In this document: one piece after another, positions 1-14,209 of the stretch
Numbering within the stretch: position 1 is the stretch's first letter
Layout of the letters: every line of letters begins with the position of its first letter
Assembly: GCA_951406725.2 (NCBI GenBank)
Contig: OX597824.1
Location: 91,574,001 to 91,638,000 of the forward strand
DNA length: 64,000 nucleotides
Source: Octopus vulgaris
Lineage: Eukaryota
Direction: 5' to 3'
Position numbers and translations under genes: made by a program
Notes under the pieces: model-generated
What the model was told of the DNA's origin: nothing
Database searches by the model: none
What the model saw: only the letters and a program-made list of their open reading frames with translations

Positions 1-121
1 TAATAATATATATATATATAAAGATAAATATATATATTATTTAATTTGTGATATATATGTGTGTACACATATACATATGTACATCTTTATGTATATATAT
101 ATATATCAGTTTGTGTGTGCT

Positions 122-171
<50 letters not shown>

Positions 172-476
172 ACTATATATATATATATATATAGCACTTA
201 TATATAAAATTATATATATACAATATATATTATAGTATACATACACACACACACACTTATTGTACGTATGCTAATTAAATATCTGATTGTAATGTAAAAA
301 GTTACACCGCGGATATCCTCCAGGGGGCGCTACACTCATAAGTTTAGTTTCAATGTTGACTACGAAGATAAAAGAAAAAACGCAAAACAGCTGCCAGGTC
401 AAATCCCAGCATCGCTCTTTACAAGCAAGCGAACACATCACGACACATACGCCTTCATATAAACACTGATACACCC

Positions 477-632
<156 letters not shown>

Positions 633-968
633 TATGTATGTATGTATGTATATATAACATATGACAAGAAATGAAGGAAACGTGATAAAATTTCTGGTTC
701 GATATTGATTTTATTTTTTGTTAATTACTTTCATAAGAATTTGCGTTCAAATTGCCAGTAGGAATTTTCACTTTCGTTTCTGTGGGTGAATCTTGGCTAA
801 AAATGACATTTTTTTGTTTTCTAAGGGGAAACACCCGTTTACTTTCTCTCATGTTATTGTACCTGACAGGCATAATATATGATGACCGTATACGTTTATA
901 TATTTGGCATGCTGGACCATTCACCAGGCTGGACCACTGAAATCTACAAGTTTTTTTTTCTGTCTGGC

Positions 969-1290
969 TCTCTGTTTATTTTCTCTTATTCCTTTCTGCT
1001 GAAGAGCGTAGGCTCGAAATGTAAAAGACTTTTTCCTTTTCCCGAACGTCAAACTAATACACTTGCTTGTTGTTCATTCTCCTATCTTCATCTTTTGTTT
1101 TTCTGTAAATTTCTGTATATATGTAGTCATTCTCTCTCTGTTTATTGTCCCTTATTCCTTTCTGTTGAAGAGCGTAGGCTCGAAACGTAAAAGACTTTTT
1201 CATTTTCCTGAGAGTCAAGTTAATACACCTGCTTGTTGTTCATTCGCCTGTCTTCGTATTTTGATCGTCTGTAAATGTCAACCATGTTTC
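969..1290 (+). repeat. Tandem dimer of a 166-bp unit carrying a variant hammerhead-like motif (Penelope pLTR/retrozyme-like)
   Basis: Two diverged units with motif CTTT-CTG(C/T)TGA-a-GAGC gtag GCTC-GAAA-(C/T)G-TA-AAAG at 992-1027 and 1158-1193; a third copy is on the minus strand at 2251-2356. Confidence 0.7.
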
Positions 1291-1614
1291 TATATAGGTA
1301 TATATATATATGCCAGGAAAATGTAGTTAAGTACTGTTGTATATAAAATACTATCTGAAACATTTACTAATTTTTAGTATCTTCATTCAAATTTTATTCA
1401 AATCAGACCGCGCTGTCTTTAATAAATACAATAATTAAATACATCTGAGTATACAAGCGCGGTTGTGTGGTAAGAAGTTTGCATCCCAACCGTCTGATTC
1501 CACGTTCAGTCCCACTGCCTGGCACCTTCGGCAAGTGTCTTTGACTATAGTCTCGGAACGAATAATGTCATGAGAATGGATTTAGTAGACGGAAACCGAA
1601 GGAAGCCCGTCATG

Positions 1615-1649
<35 letters not shown>

Positions 1650-1704
1650 ATACACACACACACGCACACACACACACACGCACACACACACACACAAACA
1701 CACG

Positions 1705-1793
<89 letters not shown>

Positions 1794-1924
1794 CAAAATA
1801 GAAAATTACCGTTTAACAGGTAATTTTTACATGCTAGAAATAGCAGCCAACACGGCTAAATACCACAATTTTATAGCAAATTTAGAAGTAAATGAAAAAT
1901 AAAAACCTTTATCTTGTTATATAA

Positions 1925-2035
1925 CGGTTATACCATGGTTTCGAATTTCTTTTGCAAATAATATTGCTTGCCATCTTTTAATAGATAATTTAGCAAGACC
2001 ATATTATCTACCAGGCGAATTCTCGTCAGTAACCG
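1925..2035 (-). ncRNA. Type I hammerhead ribozyme motif, canonical core, branched stem II
   Basis: Minus: CGGTTA-CTGACGA-GAATT...(two internal hairpins)...AATTC-GAAA-CCATGG-TA-TAACCG. Perfect 6-bp stem I, 5-bp stem II, palindromic stem III, GUA cleavage triplet. Confidence 0.8.
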
Positions 2036-2186
2036 GCCTAAACAACTAACTTATAATTCAGAGACAAGATAACACGTGTCCCATCATTATATGTTATAAT
2101 TTTTCAAATATCGCGCGCAGGCGCATTTATAGTCACCAATAGATACAATGCCGAGCTGAAACTTAGAATGCTAAGAACATATTCAG

Positions 2187-2253
<67 letters not shown>

Positions 2254-2489
2254 CAAGCAGGTGTATTAGTTTGACGCTCGGTGAAATGAAAAAGTCTTTT
2301 ACGTTTCGAGCCTACGCTCTTCAACAGAAAGGAATAAGAGATAATAAACTGACAGAGAACGACTTTCTATCTGTCTGTCTGTCTGTCTGTCCGTCAGTTC
2401 ATCCATCCATCCATCCATCTATTTATCTGTCTATGTATGTATGTATGTATGTATGTATGTATGTATGTATGTATGTATGTATGTATGTC

Positions 2490-2592
<103 letters not shown>

Positions 2593-2605
2593 GTCTGTCT
2601 GTCTT

Positions 2606-2676
<71 letters not shown>

Positions 2677-2725
2677 ATCTATCTATGTCTCTCTCTCTCC
2701 TCTGTCTCTCTCCTCTCTTTCTCCT

Positions 2726-2761
<36 letters not shown>

Positions 2762-3119
2762 TCCATCTAAGACATATGGGCATAAAGGCATACGCGAAAT
2801 TTTCTTTGATCTTCAACAAAGTCACAGCTGAAAGATTCCAACAATCCCGGTCGTTGCCAAATTTAATTAAAAACGTGTCTTTTTACAGAATTCTCTTTCA
2901 CCTTCTTGTGTTCTTCACCCAAAATGAAATGAAAAAAAAATCAACTCCACCATCGCCACATAAACACATCCACAAATACACAACACGACGTACGTGAACA
3001 CATGTTCATTGTTATTATCAATGGGTCTTTGAAAACAGACCTAAATCCATGCACCTTCAAGAATTCTCCCTTATTTTAATCTGCAAATTATTGATCGATC
3101 GTATACATACATGCATGCG

Positions 3120-3185
<66 letters not shown>

Positions 3186-3262
3186 TGTGCGTGTGCGCAT
3201 ATCCCTATATATATGCACACACAGATATATATATATATATATACATACATATATATACATAG

Positions 3263-3331
<69 letters not shown>

Positions 3332-4339
3332 CCCGCTCGCTTAGCCAGCGGGGTGGCGTCATTTGAAGGCTAAAACAATGCGAAGCGCATTGTGAGCAGC
3401 GATGTGTAGCAACATCTGATAGCCTGGTCGGTCACGGTGGTCACGGTGATATATATATAAATGCATATATGTACAAATCCACATACATGCTATATGTGTG
3501 TGTGTGTGTGTGTATACGCATACACATGCTGACACGGATTAAATCACAAAAGCAGCTACACTTCCATAGAAAAAAATCCTTGAACACTCTCACACACACA
3601 TACGCACACGCACGCACTCCCACATGCATGTACATTAAATCTAACGAAACACAAATCAAAATATCTCGAGTGATGTCACTATACGTAATGGAAGAATGCG
3701 CGTCATAAATAAAGCTGCGACACAGAGGTATTTCTGCTGTAGTTTCCAGGACAGGTAAAAGTCATTCACCGGCAGGAATAGAATGAAATATGGCGTACTA
3801 ACATAATGAGTTTCTGGATCTGTGTTATGAGGATGACGATGGCTTGCATATCTGTTCCAAAATCTGTTCCGGCGAATTCGAACAGGAATATGCTAATCGC
3901 TGTTGTGTATAGGCGTAGGAGTGGCTGTGTGGTAAGTCGCTTGCTTGCCAACCACATGGTTCTGGGTTCAGTCCCACTGCGTGGCACCTTGGGCAAGTAT
4001 CTTCTACTATAACCTCGGGCCGACCAAAGCCTTGTGAGTGGATTTGATAGACGGAAACTGAAAGAAGCCCGTCGTATATATGTATATACATACATACATA
4101 TCTATCTATCTATCTGTCTATATTCTTTTATTTGTTTCAGTCATTTGACTGCGGCCATGCTGGAGCACTGCCTTTAGTCGAACAAATAGACCCCAGGATA
4201 TTTTATTGGTAAGCCTAGTACTTATTATATCGGTCTCATTTTGCCGAACCGCTAGGTTACGGGGATGTAGATACGCAACCATCCGTTTCAAGCGATGGTG
4301 TGTGTTTGGGCAAACACAGACACACAAACACACACACAT

Positions 4340-4385
<46 letters not shown>

Positions 4386-5222
4386 GTGTGTGTGTGTGCG
4401 TGGAGGGTTTATACATATATATATAATATATATACAACGGGCTTCTTTCAGTTTCCGTCTACCAAATCCACTGACAAGACTTCGGTCGGCCCGAGGCTAT
4501 AGTAGAAGACACTTGCCCAAGGTGCTACGCAGTGGGACTGAACCCGGAACCATGTGGATGGTGAGCAAGCTACCTACCACACAGCCACTGTCTTTTGTTG
4601 TGGAACGTCGTATTTGGAACATTTTATAGAGAAAACATGACCTGCAGAAAATAACAGTTCCATTTTTGTATTACACCATTTCTGGAATCAGCATGGAATT
4701 TAATTTCGCAATTAACATCGTAGTTATTATTTTTTTTTACTCTTTTCGGAATTAAACAGCTACAGTAAATGAGGATTAATGTTTACGCTCTGTGAGTGGC
4801 AGTGATAATGATTATTAAATTTAAAATAGATTTAATTATTATAACAATTAATATCCATTTTATGGAGCATAAAATCTAAATATTTTAGAAATATTGACAA
4901 ATAAACGAATTTAATGCTAAAAGATTCAATGAATGTAATATTTTCTGTTTTCTGTATTTTTTTTTGTTTTTGGCTTCAATCGTATTTGAAACCGTGAACT
5001 TTTTGGGACTGGGAGCTTTTACATACTGCATTTTAATAGCGACAGCATTACACACACGCACATGTATGTATGTATGTATGTATGTATGTATGTATGTATG
5101 TATGTATGTATGTATGTATGTATGTATGTATGTATGTATGTATGTATGTATGTATGTATGTATGTATGTATGTATGTGTGTATGTATGTATGTATGTATG
5201 TGTGTGTGTATGTATGTATGTA

Positions 5223-5253
<31 letters not shown>

Positions 5254-5256
5254 ATG

Positions 5257-5500
5257 TCATATCTGTCGGGCATGTGGAAGAGAGTGTAATTCGGCAGGAG
5301 GACTTAAACGACATGTAAAGGTACATGAAGCCCAGTTACAACTACAGCCGGCTATTACCAGTAAAGGTTTTAGTTGCCAATTTTGTACAAGACATTGTAG
5401 ATCTTTGGCTGGGCTAAAAAGTCACATTCGATCACAGCACCAGTAACAGTTAAGCTTCGTGCAATGGCCATACTCGATAACGAGGGGGCAGCCATAAATA
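5257..5500 (+). mobile_element. RTE-like LINE 3' end with two C2H2 zinc fingers
   Basis: HICRACGRECNSAGGLKRHVKVH...FSCQFCTRHCRSLAGLKSHIRSQHQ*, then a short UTR, within (TATG)n. No splice acceptor and no TGEKP linker. Confidence 0.65.
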
Positions 5501-5987
5501 GATAAATGTATGTATGTATGTATTTATGTGTGTGTATGTGTGTGTGTATGTATGTACGTGTGAGTGTGTGCGTATGTATGTATGTATGTATGTATGTATG
5601 TACGTGTGTGTGTATCCCTGTCATAAGGCTTTATTTCTACACACGCCAGCTTAATTTAATTCGCCCTTAGTCGAAAGACACCTGTTGTTATGTCCTGTTA
5701 TTTGTATTTGTGTAACATTCTCCGTTTTCTTCGTCCTTTTTTTCGTATACATTTGATGCTTTCCTCCAAGGAATCTAATGCTCTTAGCTTAGCTTTTCAT
5801 TGGGGCTGGCCAGATTGGAGCAATCTCGAGTATAACCAGCCGAAATTGAAAAGCTAATCTGGAACTCGACTGAGGAAAGAAAACTCCGAATGACTCGTCC
5901 TTGTTTTCTTGATATCGTTAGTCTGGATGTTTTTTTGTCCCTTTTTTGTATCACCTAGTTGTCCGTTTGCGTTCTTGTCCCATTTTG

Positions 5988-6023
<36 letters not shown>

Positions 6024-6939
6024 GCACATATATGTATGTCTCTACATATACATACACATATAAATATGCATGTATCAACATACATATGCTCTCACACATT
6101 TGTACATATGCACACACACAGACACACACACAAATGAATATAATAATAACACATTTAAGTAATACAAAATAAAATAACAAAATAAAAGCAAATTGAAGAA
6201 GCAAAAAAGCACACAGTGTAAGAATATATTTCTTTAATTAATTCGTTCATAATGATTTAATTAACTTCAACAATCTTCTAATATATAAGACTAATACAAC
6301 TTTAATATATGCGTATTGTGGTTATATGAGCTATGTGTGTATATATTTATATAAATGGTATTTAACTATGTATTTCAGCATTTAACTTGATTGTATTACT
6401 TAAATATGTATGCATCTGCTATTTTCTTTTCTCTTACTGTCGTCTGCCGATATTTCTATGCGAAAATATGTCTCCATATTTGTTAACAGTGAGGCTGTCT
6501 TTATTTGTTGTTCGTACGTTCACTGTTCACCGATATATCTCAGTTTCTGAACATCTGTTCACCCACCCATCTCTACCAACACACATACACCTTATTCAAA
6601 CACACAAACACACAGATATGAATATGTCTATCCATATCTATCTTTATCTACTTGTCTGTCTGTGAGTCTTCCAATCTATCTCTCTCCTCTCTCTGCGTAC
6701 GTAAACATACTATTTTATTAAAGTCGAAAAAAGTCTTTACAAACTGTCGTTTAGAGTTTCATGTGGCCGTTCACCAGACACTCGCGATAATACAGACTAG
6801 TTTGCATACTCTTCAACTAGTTTCAGCTCGTGGGCTGTGGCCATGCTGGGGCATCGCCAATACATTCACACATACATACGTATGTATATATATATTATGC
6901 TCGAATGACTGAAGCTAGTCAAAGAATACATACATACAT

Positions 6940-7048
<109 letters not shown>

Positions 7049-7295
7049 CAAGTATGTATGTATTTTCTGCGGCAATGCTAAACTCTATGTAACAGTTTGT
7101 GAAGAATTTCTTCAGCTTTAGTAAAAGCATATTACTCTGCCTTTGGTATTCGAGTACTATATATTCCCACCTTGTTTTGCATTTATATGTGCTTGCCCGT
7201 GTTTATGTATATATCCATGATCGTTTTGGGACTCCTAGGGCTGCGTCTTATTGGCGAAGGGAAGCAAGCGAGCGAGAGAGATAGAGATAGACAGC

Positions 7296-7382
<87 letters not shown>

Positions 7383-7644
7383 CAAAAGAAAGTGAGAGAA
7401 AGAGATAGTGAGAAGGAGGGAGAAAAGAGGCAGAAACCAGAGAAATGGCGGTTAGAAATCATCTTATCCCATTGTTAAATTCTATACCCAGTGCTACATG
7501 GCTATGTTCTCATATTTTATTTCTTAAATTAAATTCGAAATCACCCGGCTATTGGCCAAAATAATATCGCATCAGTATTTGTTAATTTTGAAACGAATAA
7601 AAATCGTGCGTTGATTAAGCAAATTAGGTTAATAAAGGAATCGC

Positions 7645-7650
7645 TTTATT
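7645..7650 (-). promoter_or_regulatory. Candidate polyadenylation signal AATAAA
   Basis: AATAAA on the minus strand about 35 nt after the stop codon; the AT-rich context makes it non-unique. Confidence 0.35.
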
Positions 7651-7684
7651 TTCCCAAAATTCTTCTGGCAGAAAGATGTCCTTT

Positions 7685-7793
7685 TTATTGTCTTGGCGTA
7701 AACATGCTCCACAGCGTTGAATTTCTTTCGGCTGGTTTATTGAAAGGTGGCATGTGATCGAAAGAAACTTTCTGGAAGAACTGAAGACGATGG
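7685..7793 (-). CDS. C4orf33: C4orf33/UPF0462-like gene, exon 6 (last coding exon)
   Basis: ctatctattacag| then (F)HRLQFFQKVSFDHMPPFNKPAERNSTLWSMFTPRQ*. Completes the PDFH.L..F motif and the terminal S.LW; TAA stop at 7687-7685. Confidence 0.92.
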
Positions 7794-8519
7794 CTGTAAT
7801 AGATAGAAGACAAGAATGGTCAATGAAGGAATTGAATGGAGATCAAATTGAACAGGACAAAATCAGTTATTAAACAAACACAATTACTATACTGATGTGT
7901 GTTGAGATACAATACAGGCTATAAGATATAAGTGCAAAGCGCACCGTGATCAGCGATGTATAACAGCATTCGATAGCCTGGTCAGCTCGTGGGGTGTGGC
8001 CAAGCTGGGGCATCGCCAATACATTCATACAAACATATTTATATATATTTCTTTACTTCCCACAAGGGGCTAAACATAGACGGGGGACAAATAAGGACAT
8101 ACAAAGGGATTAAGTCGATTACATCGACCCCAGTGCGAAACTGGTACTTTATTTATCGAATACATATGTATATATATATATATTATGCTCGAATATCGCC
8201 ACAGTCAAATGACTGAACCAAGCCAAAAATACATACATACATGTACACCCACACACACACACCACACACACACAACACACAACACACACACATGCACACG
8301 TGTTTCATTCATTGGACTACGACCATTCTGGGGCACCGTATTGAATGGCTTTTAATCTAACAAAGCGTCCACAGTACTTTGTTTCTTTTTTAAAGTCTGA
8401 TGTTTATTGTATCGGTCTGTTTGGAGAGCCGCCAAACTACAGGGACGTAAACAAACCAATATCGGTTGCTAAGCAGTGGTGGCGAGGAACACACACACAC
8501 ACACTCATATATAAGAAGA

Positions 8520-8788
8520 ATACTAGGACTCCGTCGGTCACGACGGTGAGTGTTCTGGTTGATCCGATCAACGGAACCCAACGTGCAAATGGCTGAGCAC
8601 TCCACAGACACGCGTAACCTTAATGTATTTTCAGGGAGGTTCAGCGTGACACAGAGTATGATGAGGCTGGTCCTTTGAAACACAGGTAAGTCTATTGCTC
8701 AATAACGCAACGAACAGCTGGATATCGAACCCACGACGTTAGGATCGAGAGCGCAATGCCCTTAACCACTAAGTCACGCAACTTCAGA
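8520..8788 (-). mobile_element. tRNA-derived SINE (diverged); similar head at about 30100-30302 (-)
   Basis: Minus head gcgtgacttagtggttaaggg...gtgggttcgat with A and B boxes. Confidence 0.6.
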
Positions 8789-8978
8789 ACTACAACCGTC
8801 CCCCCACCCCACTCCATAAAACACGACTACAAAAATATTTTAGTGATAATTCAAATAACAATTAAAACGATAAAAAAAGCTGGGGGGGGGGGGGAAGCAG
8901 AAACGAACGAATTTATCTGACAATACACACAAAATAACAAACACAAACAACAAGAACTGCTGCTGCTGCTGCTGCTGT

Positions 8979-9035
<57 letters not shown>

Positions 9036-9059
9036 AGCTGCTGCTGCTGTTGCTGTTGC

Positions 9060-9325
9060 GCGAACGGTCTTCGTCCCAGAGCTCACAAGATGGGAGAAGT
9101 CTGAAATGTGGTCCTTTGCTGTTCGTAAGACCCGCAGACGAGAAAGCAGGTCAACATCCGACACCGAGAGCATGGATGGATGGATGAATGCGTATCCAGG
9201 CTCAGCCTCTTGGAGCTTTAGGTGTTTTCGCTCAATAAACACACACAACGCCCGGTCTGGGAATCGAAACCGCGATCCTCCGACCGCGAGTCCGCTGCCC
9301 TAACCACTAGGTCATTGCGCCTCCT
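9060..9325 (-). mobile_element. tRNA-derived SINE, second head family
   Basis: Minus head ggaggcgcaatgacctagtggttagggcagcggactcgcggtcgg...gtttcgattccc. Confidence 0.75.
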
Positions 9326-9821
9326 CCTCTTCCTCCTCCTACTACTACTGCTGCTGTTGCTGCTGCTACTGCGGCTACTACTGCTGCTTTTACTCTAATA
9401 CTTCTCAGGCTCTTTTGCCAGATTTTTATTGTTAATATTTTAGAACACAATGGCGATGGAATCAATGAGGAATTTAACACTAAGCGAGTAATCAAATTTA
9501 TTAGACAGACAATTAAACAACAAAAATACCAAGAAGAACGGCTTATATCAACGAAATAAATCCTTTGTATTATTATTCAATTCAGTAATGTTATATATTA
9601 TACGTATACCATAGGTGACGTTAGACAAAGTTAACATGGCTCCCAATTTCACTGAGCAGACGACAACGGTGTGCAATGGCGTCAGTTCCTCTGCTACAGA
9701 TGAAGATTTCGTAATTTGGTTACGGATTCATCAACATATTTAATCTGTTAATATATATACATACACATGCATGTGTGCAGACGTATTTGCGACTTCATAG
9801 AGACATAAATACGTACATACG

Positions 9822-9852
<31 letters not shown>

Positions 9853-10039
9853 GTATTTACATACATACGTACATTACATAAGTATATACATACATACACA
9901 CACACACACATACATATATATATACATATTTGCATACATATACACAAATATATAAATACATATTTATATACATACACACATACAGACACATACATGCACA
10001 CATCTACACACGTACACATACACACACTTGTATATATAT

Positions 10040-10073
<34 letters not shown>

Positions 10074-10298
10074 TTATACATACATACATATGTATGTATA
10101 TATACACATATATATATATGTATATATACATACATACATTCATATGTATGTATATATATATATATACACATACATACATACATATATATACAAACATAAA
10201 TATGTATTTATATACATATATATGCATATACACAGACACACACACACATATATGCATACATTTATACATACATATATAACACTCACCTTTACACACTC

Positions 10299-10332
<34 letters not shown>

Positions 10333-10717
10333 ACATATATATATATACATACACACACACAAAATATACATCTAATGATTGGGAAGCTATTCTCTTAAAC
10401 GTCTTTGAATGATTTGTTCATATTGTCATGGAATAACAAGAGTGGATTTCAAGTTATATTTTCGTCTACGATATCATTGTATAAACGAATACACTTTTAT
10501 ATAATTATCACATTCTCAAATAGCTTTATTCTTATACAAAAAAAGAATATAGATATTGATATCAATGTTATTGTCATTCCATAAGGAATCATTAAAACTT
10601 GTTTTGTCTACCTCTACAGGTTCCATCGGAGACTTCTTTGCGGAGTATTTTTTCCTGAGTTTTATGAAGATTACACTATATATTATTTTATATCATATTT
10701 TGTGTGTATATATATAA

Positions 10718-10772
<55 letters not shown>

Positions 10773-10779
10773 GTGTGAG

Positions 10780-10826
<47 letters not shown>

Positions 10827-11058
10827 ATATATATAATAAAAATATACATAATATAGTATAACATGATAAATATATATGTGTGTGCGTGTATATATATTTG
10901 TATATGGCAGTGCCCCAGCATGGCCACAGCTCATGAGCTGAAACTAGAATCAATCAATCATATATATGTATATATATATTTGCTTATATATATATATGTA
11001 TTTATATATATGTGTGTATGTATATATATATACATATATCATAAAAATATACATAGGA

Positions 11059-11103
<45 letters not shown>

Positions 11104-11693
11104 GTGTGTGTGTGTATAAACGCATATATGACAGATCAATAATATATATGCATCTTGTAGAACGACCAAAGTGTTAATGGGAATCTTCCTGTATATATAT
11201 TCTGGTTGTTTGTGTTCAAATGGCAAGAGTTGCAATAATATTGGTTAATATTGGTGCCGTCCTATCACAGATTTGCTCCCTTCTTTGACGGCAGTGATGA
11301 CACAGGGAGGAAGGGCTTGCATGAATGGAAGAATTATCCTGCTGTAGGGAGTGCAAGAGGCTTTTAATAGGGATAGTTCCTATGACATGTAGTGAGCTGC
11401 TGCTCTCTACCTTGAGGTGGATAGATGGGTACCTATGACTGCCACTCACAACCCAACCCTTTCATGCTCTGGTTGTAAGCTGATGGGGGTGGTGTTGACA
11501 TTGCACCCTTAAGTGGTGGAGGAGCTGCAGCAACAGCCAACAGCCAGTGTAGAGGAGTATTTGTATGTATATATATATATTTATATATATATATACTTTT
11601 ATTCTTTAATTTGTTTCAAACCACAGCACATACCCAAGGCACACAGAGCTAAGCTCGGTAGTACAGTGAAAGAATGTGAAAAAGATAAGATTA

Positions 11694-11776
<83 letters not shown>

Positions 11777-12380
11777 GAAGAAGAACAACAACAACAACAA
11801 TAATAATAATAATAACAATAACAAATACCCTGATGCAGTACCAGGCAGTGGCTCTCGTGGCTTCTGATCTTAACTGATTGGTAGCATTGTCATGTACATT
11901 GTTTTGTCTTGGTATAAAAGATGGGATACAGCAAATATTCTGCTCAATACCACAGAATTGCTTATCAGTTGTTTGACCTTAACCAGCTGAGCATGTCCCT
12001 TAGTGGCTGACGATATGTGCATCTCTGACCATGAGCAGAAGTAATGAGGGAGCATCATAGCCATGTGTTGAGAAGAATTCTTTGGGGTTTGGATAATTCA
12101 CCTCTGGAAACATAGCTGTTTCGTTCAAGATCCTTAAACGATCCTTATTCAGGGAACTTTTAAGCGGGATGGGTTACTCGACCAGAAGAAAATTCTAACT
12201 GGGCCCCAGCTGCAAGGTCATGTGCTGTTAATCTTGATATGAGATCACCATGTCGCACACATATGGTTGTGATGCATGTGCCTGGTGTACCCTTATCAGA
12301 CGGGTAGTCATGATGGGTATACTGGGCTTTGTATATTTTACCCCAGTGTCACTTTGATGGCATGCTCTGCTCTCTCACTC

Positions 12381-12425
<45 letters not shown>

Positions 12426-12456
12426 AATAAGTGATATATTAATCTGGATTACTTAC

Positions 12457-12647
12457 AAATCTGGAAAGTCAAATTGTCCCTTCGGAGCTGGAAACAGTGC
12501 ACTGTAGATTCGAGAGTCTTTGGTTCCATGGATTGCAAAAGCATTAAATTTGGTAATATTCTGTGGAAGATATTCATTGTCGATATATGCTATTCCTCTC
12601 CAAAAACCATCTTTGATTTCTGCTATGTTGTACATTGGAAGTTGTTG
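12457..12647 (-). CDS. C4orf33: C4orf33/UPF0462-like gene, exon 5
   Basis: tatttgcag| ... |gtaagt. Encodes QQLPMYNIAEIKDGFWRGIAYIDNEYLPQNITKFNAFAIHGTKDSRIYSALFPAPKGQFDFPD(F), matching the family motif P.NVTKFN.FAIHG.KD.R.Y.AL.P. Confidence 0.95.
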
Positions 12648-12734
12648 CTGCAAATATTAAAAAAATTATATACACATATACGTGTGTGTGTGTGTGTGTA
12701 TGTTTTTGTGTGTGTATATATATATTTACGAATT

Positions 12735-13212
12735 TGCCAGCCTTGCCTGGCACCTGTGCCGGTGGCACGTAAAAAGCACCATCCGTTCGTAGCCGTTGCC
12801 AGCCCCATCTGGCCCCCGTGCTGGTGGAACGTAAAAAGCACCATCCGATCGTGGCCGTTGCCAGCCTCATCTGGCCCCCGTGCCGGTGGCACGTAAAAGG
12901 CACCATTCAAGTGTGGTCATTGCCAGTGCCACCTGATTGCCTCCTCTCCATGCCAGTGGCATGTAAAAAGCAACATTTGAATGTGATCGTTACCAATACC
13001 ACCTGACTGGCCCTTGTGCCAGTGGAATGTAAAATGCACCTGCTATACTCTTGGAGTGGTTGGCATTAGGCAGGGCATCCAGCTGTAGAAACTTTGCCAG
13101 ATCAGACTGGAGCCTGATGCAGCCTTCCGGCTTGCCAGTCCTCAGTCAAACCGTCCAACCCATGCTAGCATGGAAAGTGGACGTTAATCAACAATGATGA
13201 CGATGACGATGA
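12735..13212 (+). mobile_element. Retroposon 3' part with internal tandem units of about 60 bp and a (GAT)n tail
   Basis: Five gccggtggcacgtaaaaagcacc-like units, then ggttggcattaggcagggcatccagctgtagaaa and a gatgacgatga tail; partial copy at about 24385-24495. Confidence 0.6.
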
Positions 13213-13398
13213 ATATATACAGCAAAAACTTCCTGCAGACTGTGCTAATCAATAAAACAGATCAAACATTAAATTGTTTGTTCTTTCTCAATGGCCTGGC
13301 ACCAAATTAAACACGGCTGGTTGGTACCGGTCTGTGGCCCAATGGTTAGGAAACCCCTGCCTAATTACATTATTATAGAATCACAATAACAAATTTAC

Positions 13399-13450
13399 CA
13401 CAACAGCATTTCTGCGTCCGTTCAGCATCAACAAGAGATGTTCTCCACGC
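13399..13450 (-). CDS. C4orf33: C4orf33/UPF0462-like gene, exon 4
   Basis: ttacaattcag| ... |gtaaat. Encodes (P)RGEHLLLMLNGRRNAVV versus human PHGQHLVLLLSGRRNVW; phase 2 in, phase 0 out. Confidence 0.93.
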
Positions 13451-13472
13451 CTGAATTGTAAGAGAATTGACA

Positions 13473-13618
13473 ATAATAATTAATAATAATAATAATAATA
13501 AATAATAATGATAATGATGATGATGATGATGACGACGACGACGACGACGACATTAATAATAATAATAATAATAAAAATTAAAGTATTAATAATAATAATA
13601 ATAACAATAATAATAATA

Positions 13619-13688
<70 letters not shown>

Positions 13689-13738
13689 TGATGATGATGA
13701 TGATGATAATAATAATAATGATGATAATAATAATTATA

Positions 13739-13769
<31 letters not shown>

Positions 13770-13858
13770 AAATATTAATAATAATAATAATAAAAATATT
13801 AATAATAATAATAATAATTGTAATAATGATAATAACAACAACAATAATAATAATAATG

Positions 13859-13898
<40 letters not shown>

Positions 13899-14004
13899 CA
13901 ATAATAATAATAAGAAGAAGAACAACAACAACAATAATAATAATAATGATAATAATAATAATAATAATGATAATAATAAAAATATTAATAATAATAATAA
14001 TAAC

Positions 14005-14045
<41 letters not shown>

Positions 14046-14046
14046 T
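13473..14046. repeat. Long imperfect (AAT)n/(GAT)n microsatellite in intron 3
   Basis: Direct reading. Similar triplet tracts at 11698-11822, 28250-28512, 34100-34480, 45915-46380, 51460-51740 and 54270-54890; many (TA)n, (TATG)n and (TATC)n tracts throughout. Confidence 0.95.
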
Positions 14047-14209
14047 TTCATTTATTTGCCACAAGTATCAAGGATGAGGGGACAATACAGAGATAAACTC
14101 ACCCAGTCCAGCATGGAAGACAAACATTAAATGATGGTGATGATCATGATAACAACAATGAGAACAACAATGTTGATGGTGATGATGATAGATGATGATA
14201 GATACTTAC

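Noticed and set aside
9636-10680. Short plus-strand ORF (MAPNFTEQ...) and acceptor-like tctacag at about 10619
   Set aside because: No coherent exon chain or recognisable protein; cannot support a nested gene.
12008-12014. CTGACGA and other isolated CTGANGA hits (e.g. 27348, 57007, 60829)
   Set aside because: No properly spaced GAAA/UH or supporting helices.
12735-13045. Regularly spaced repeats superficially like a CRISPR array
   Set aside because: Eukaryotic context, the spacers are homologous to each other, and it is part of a retroposon body; no cas genes.
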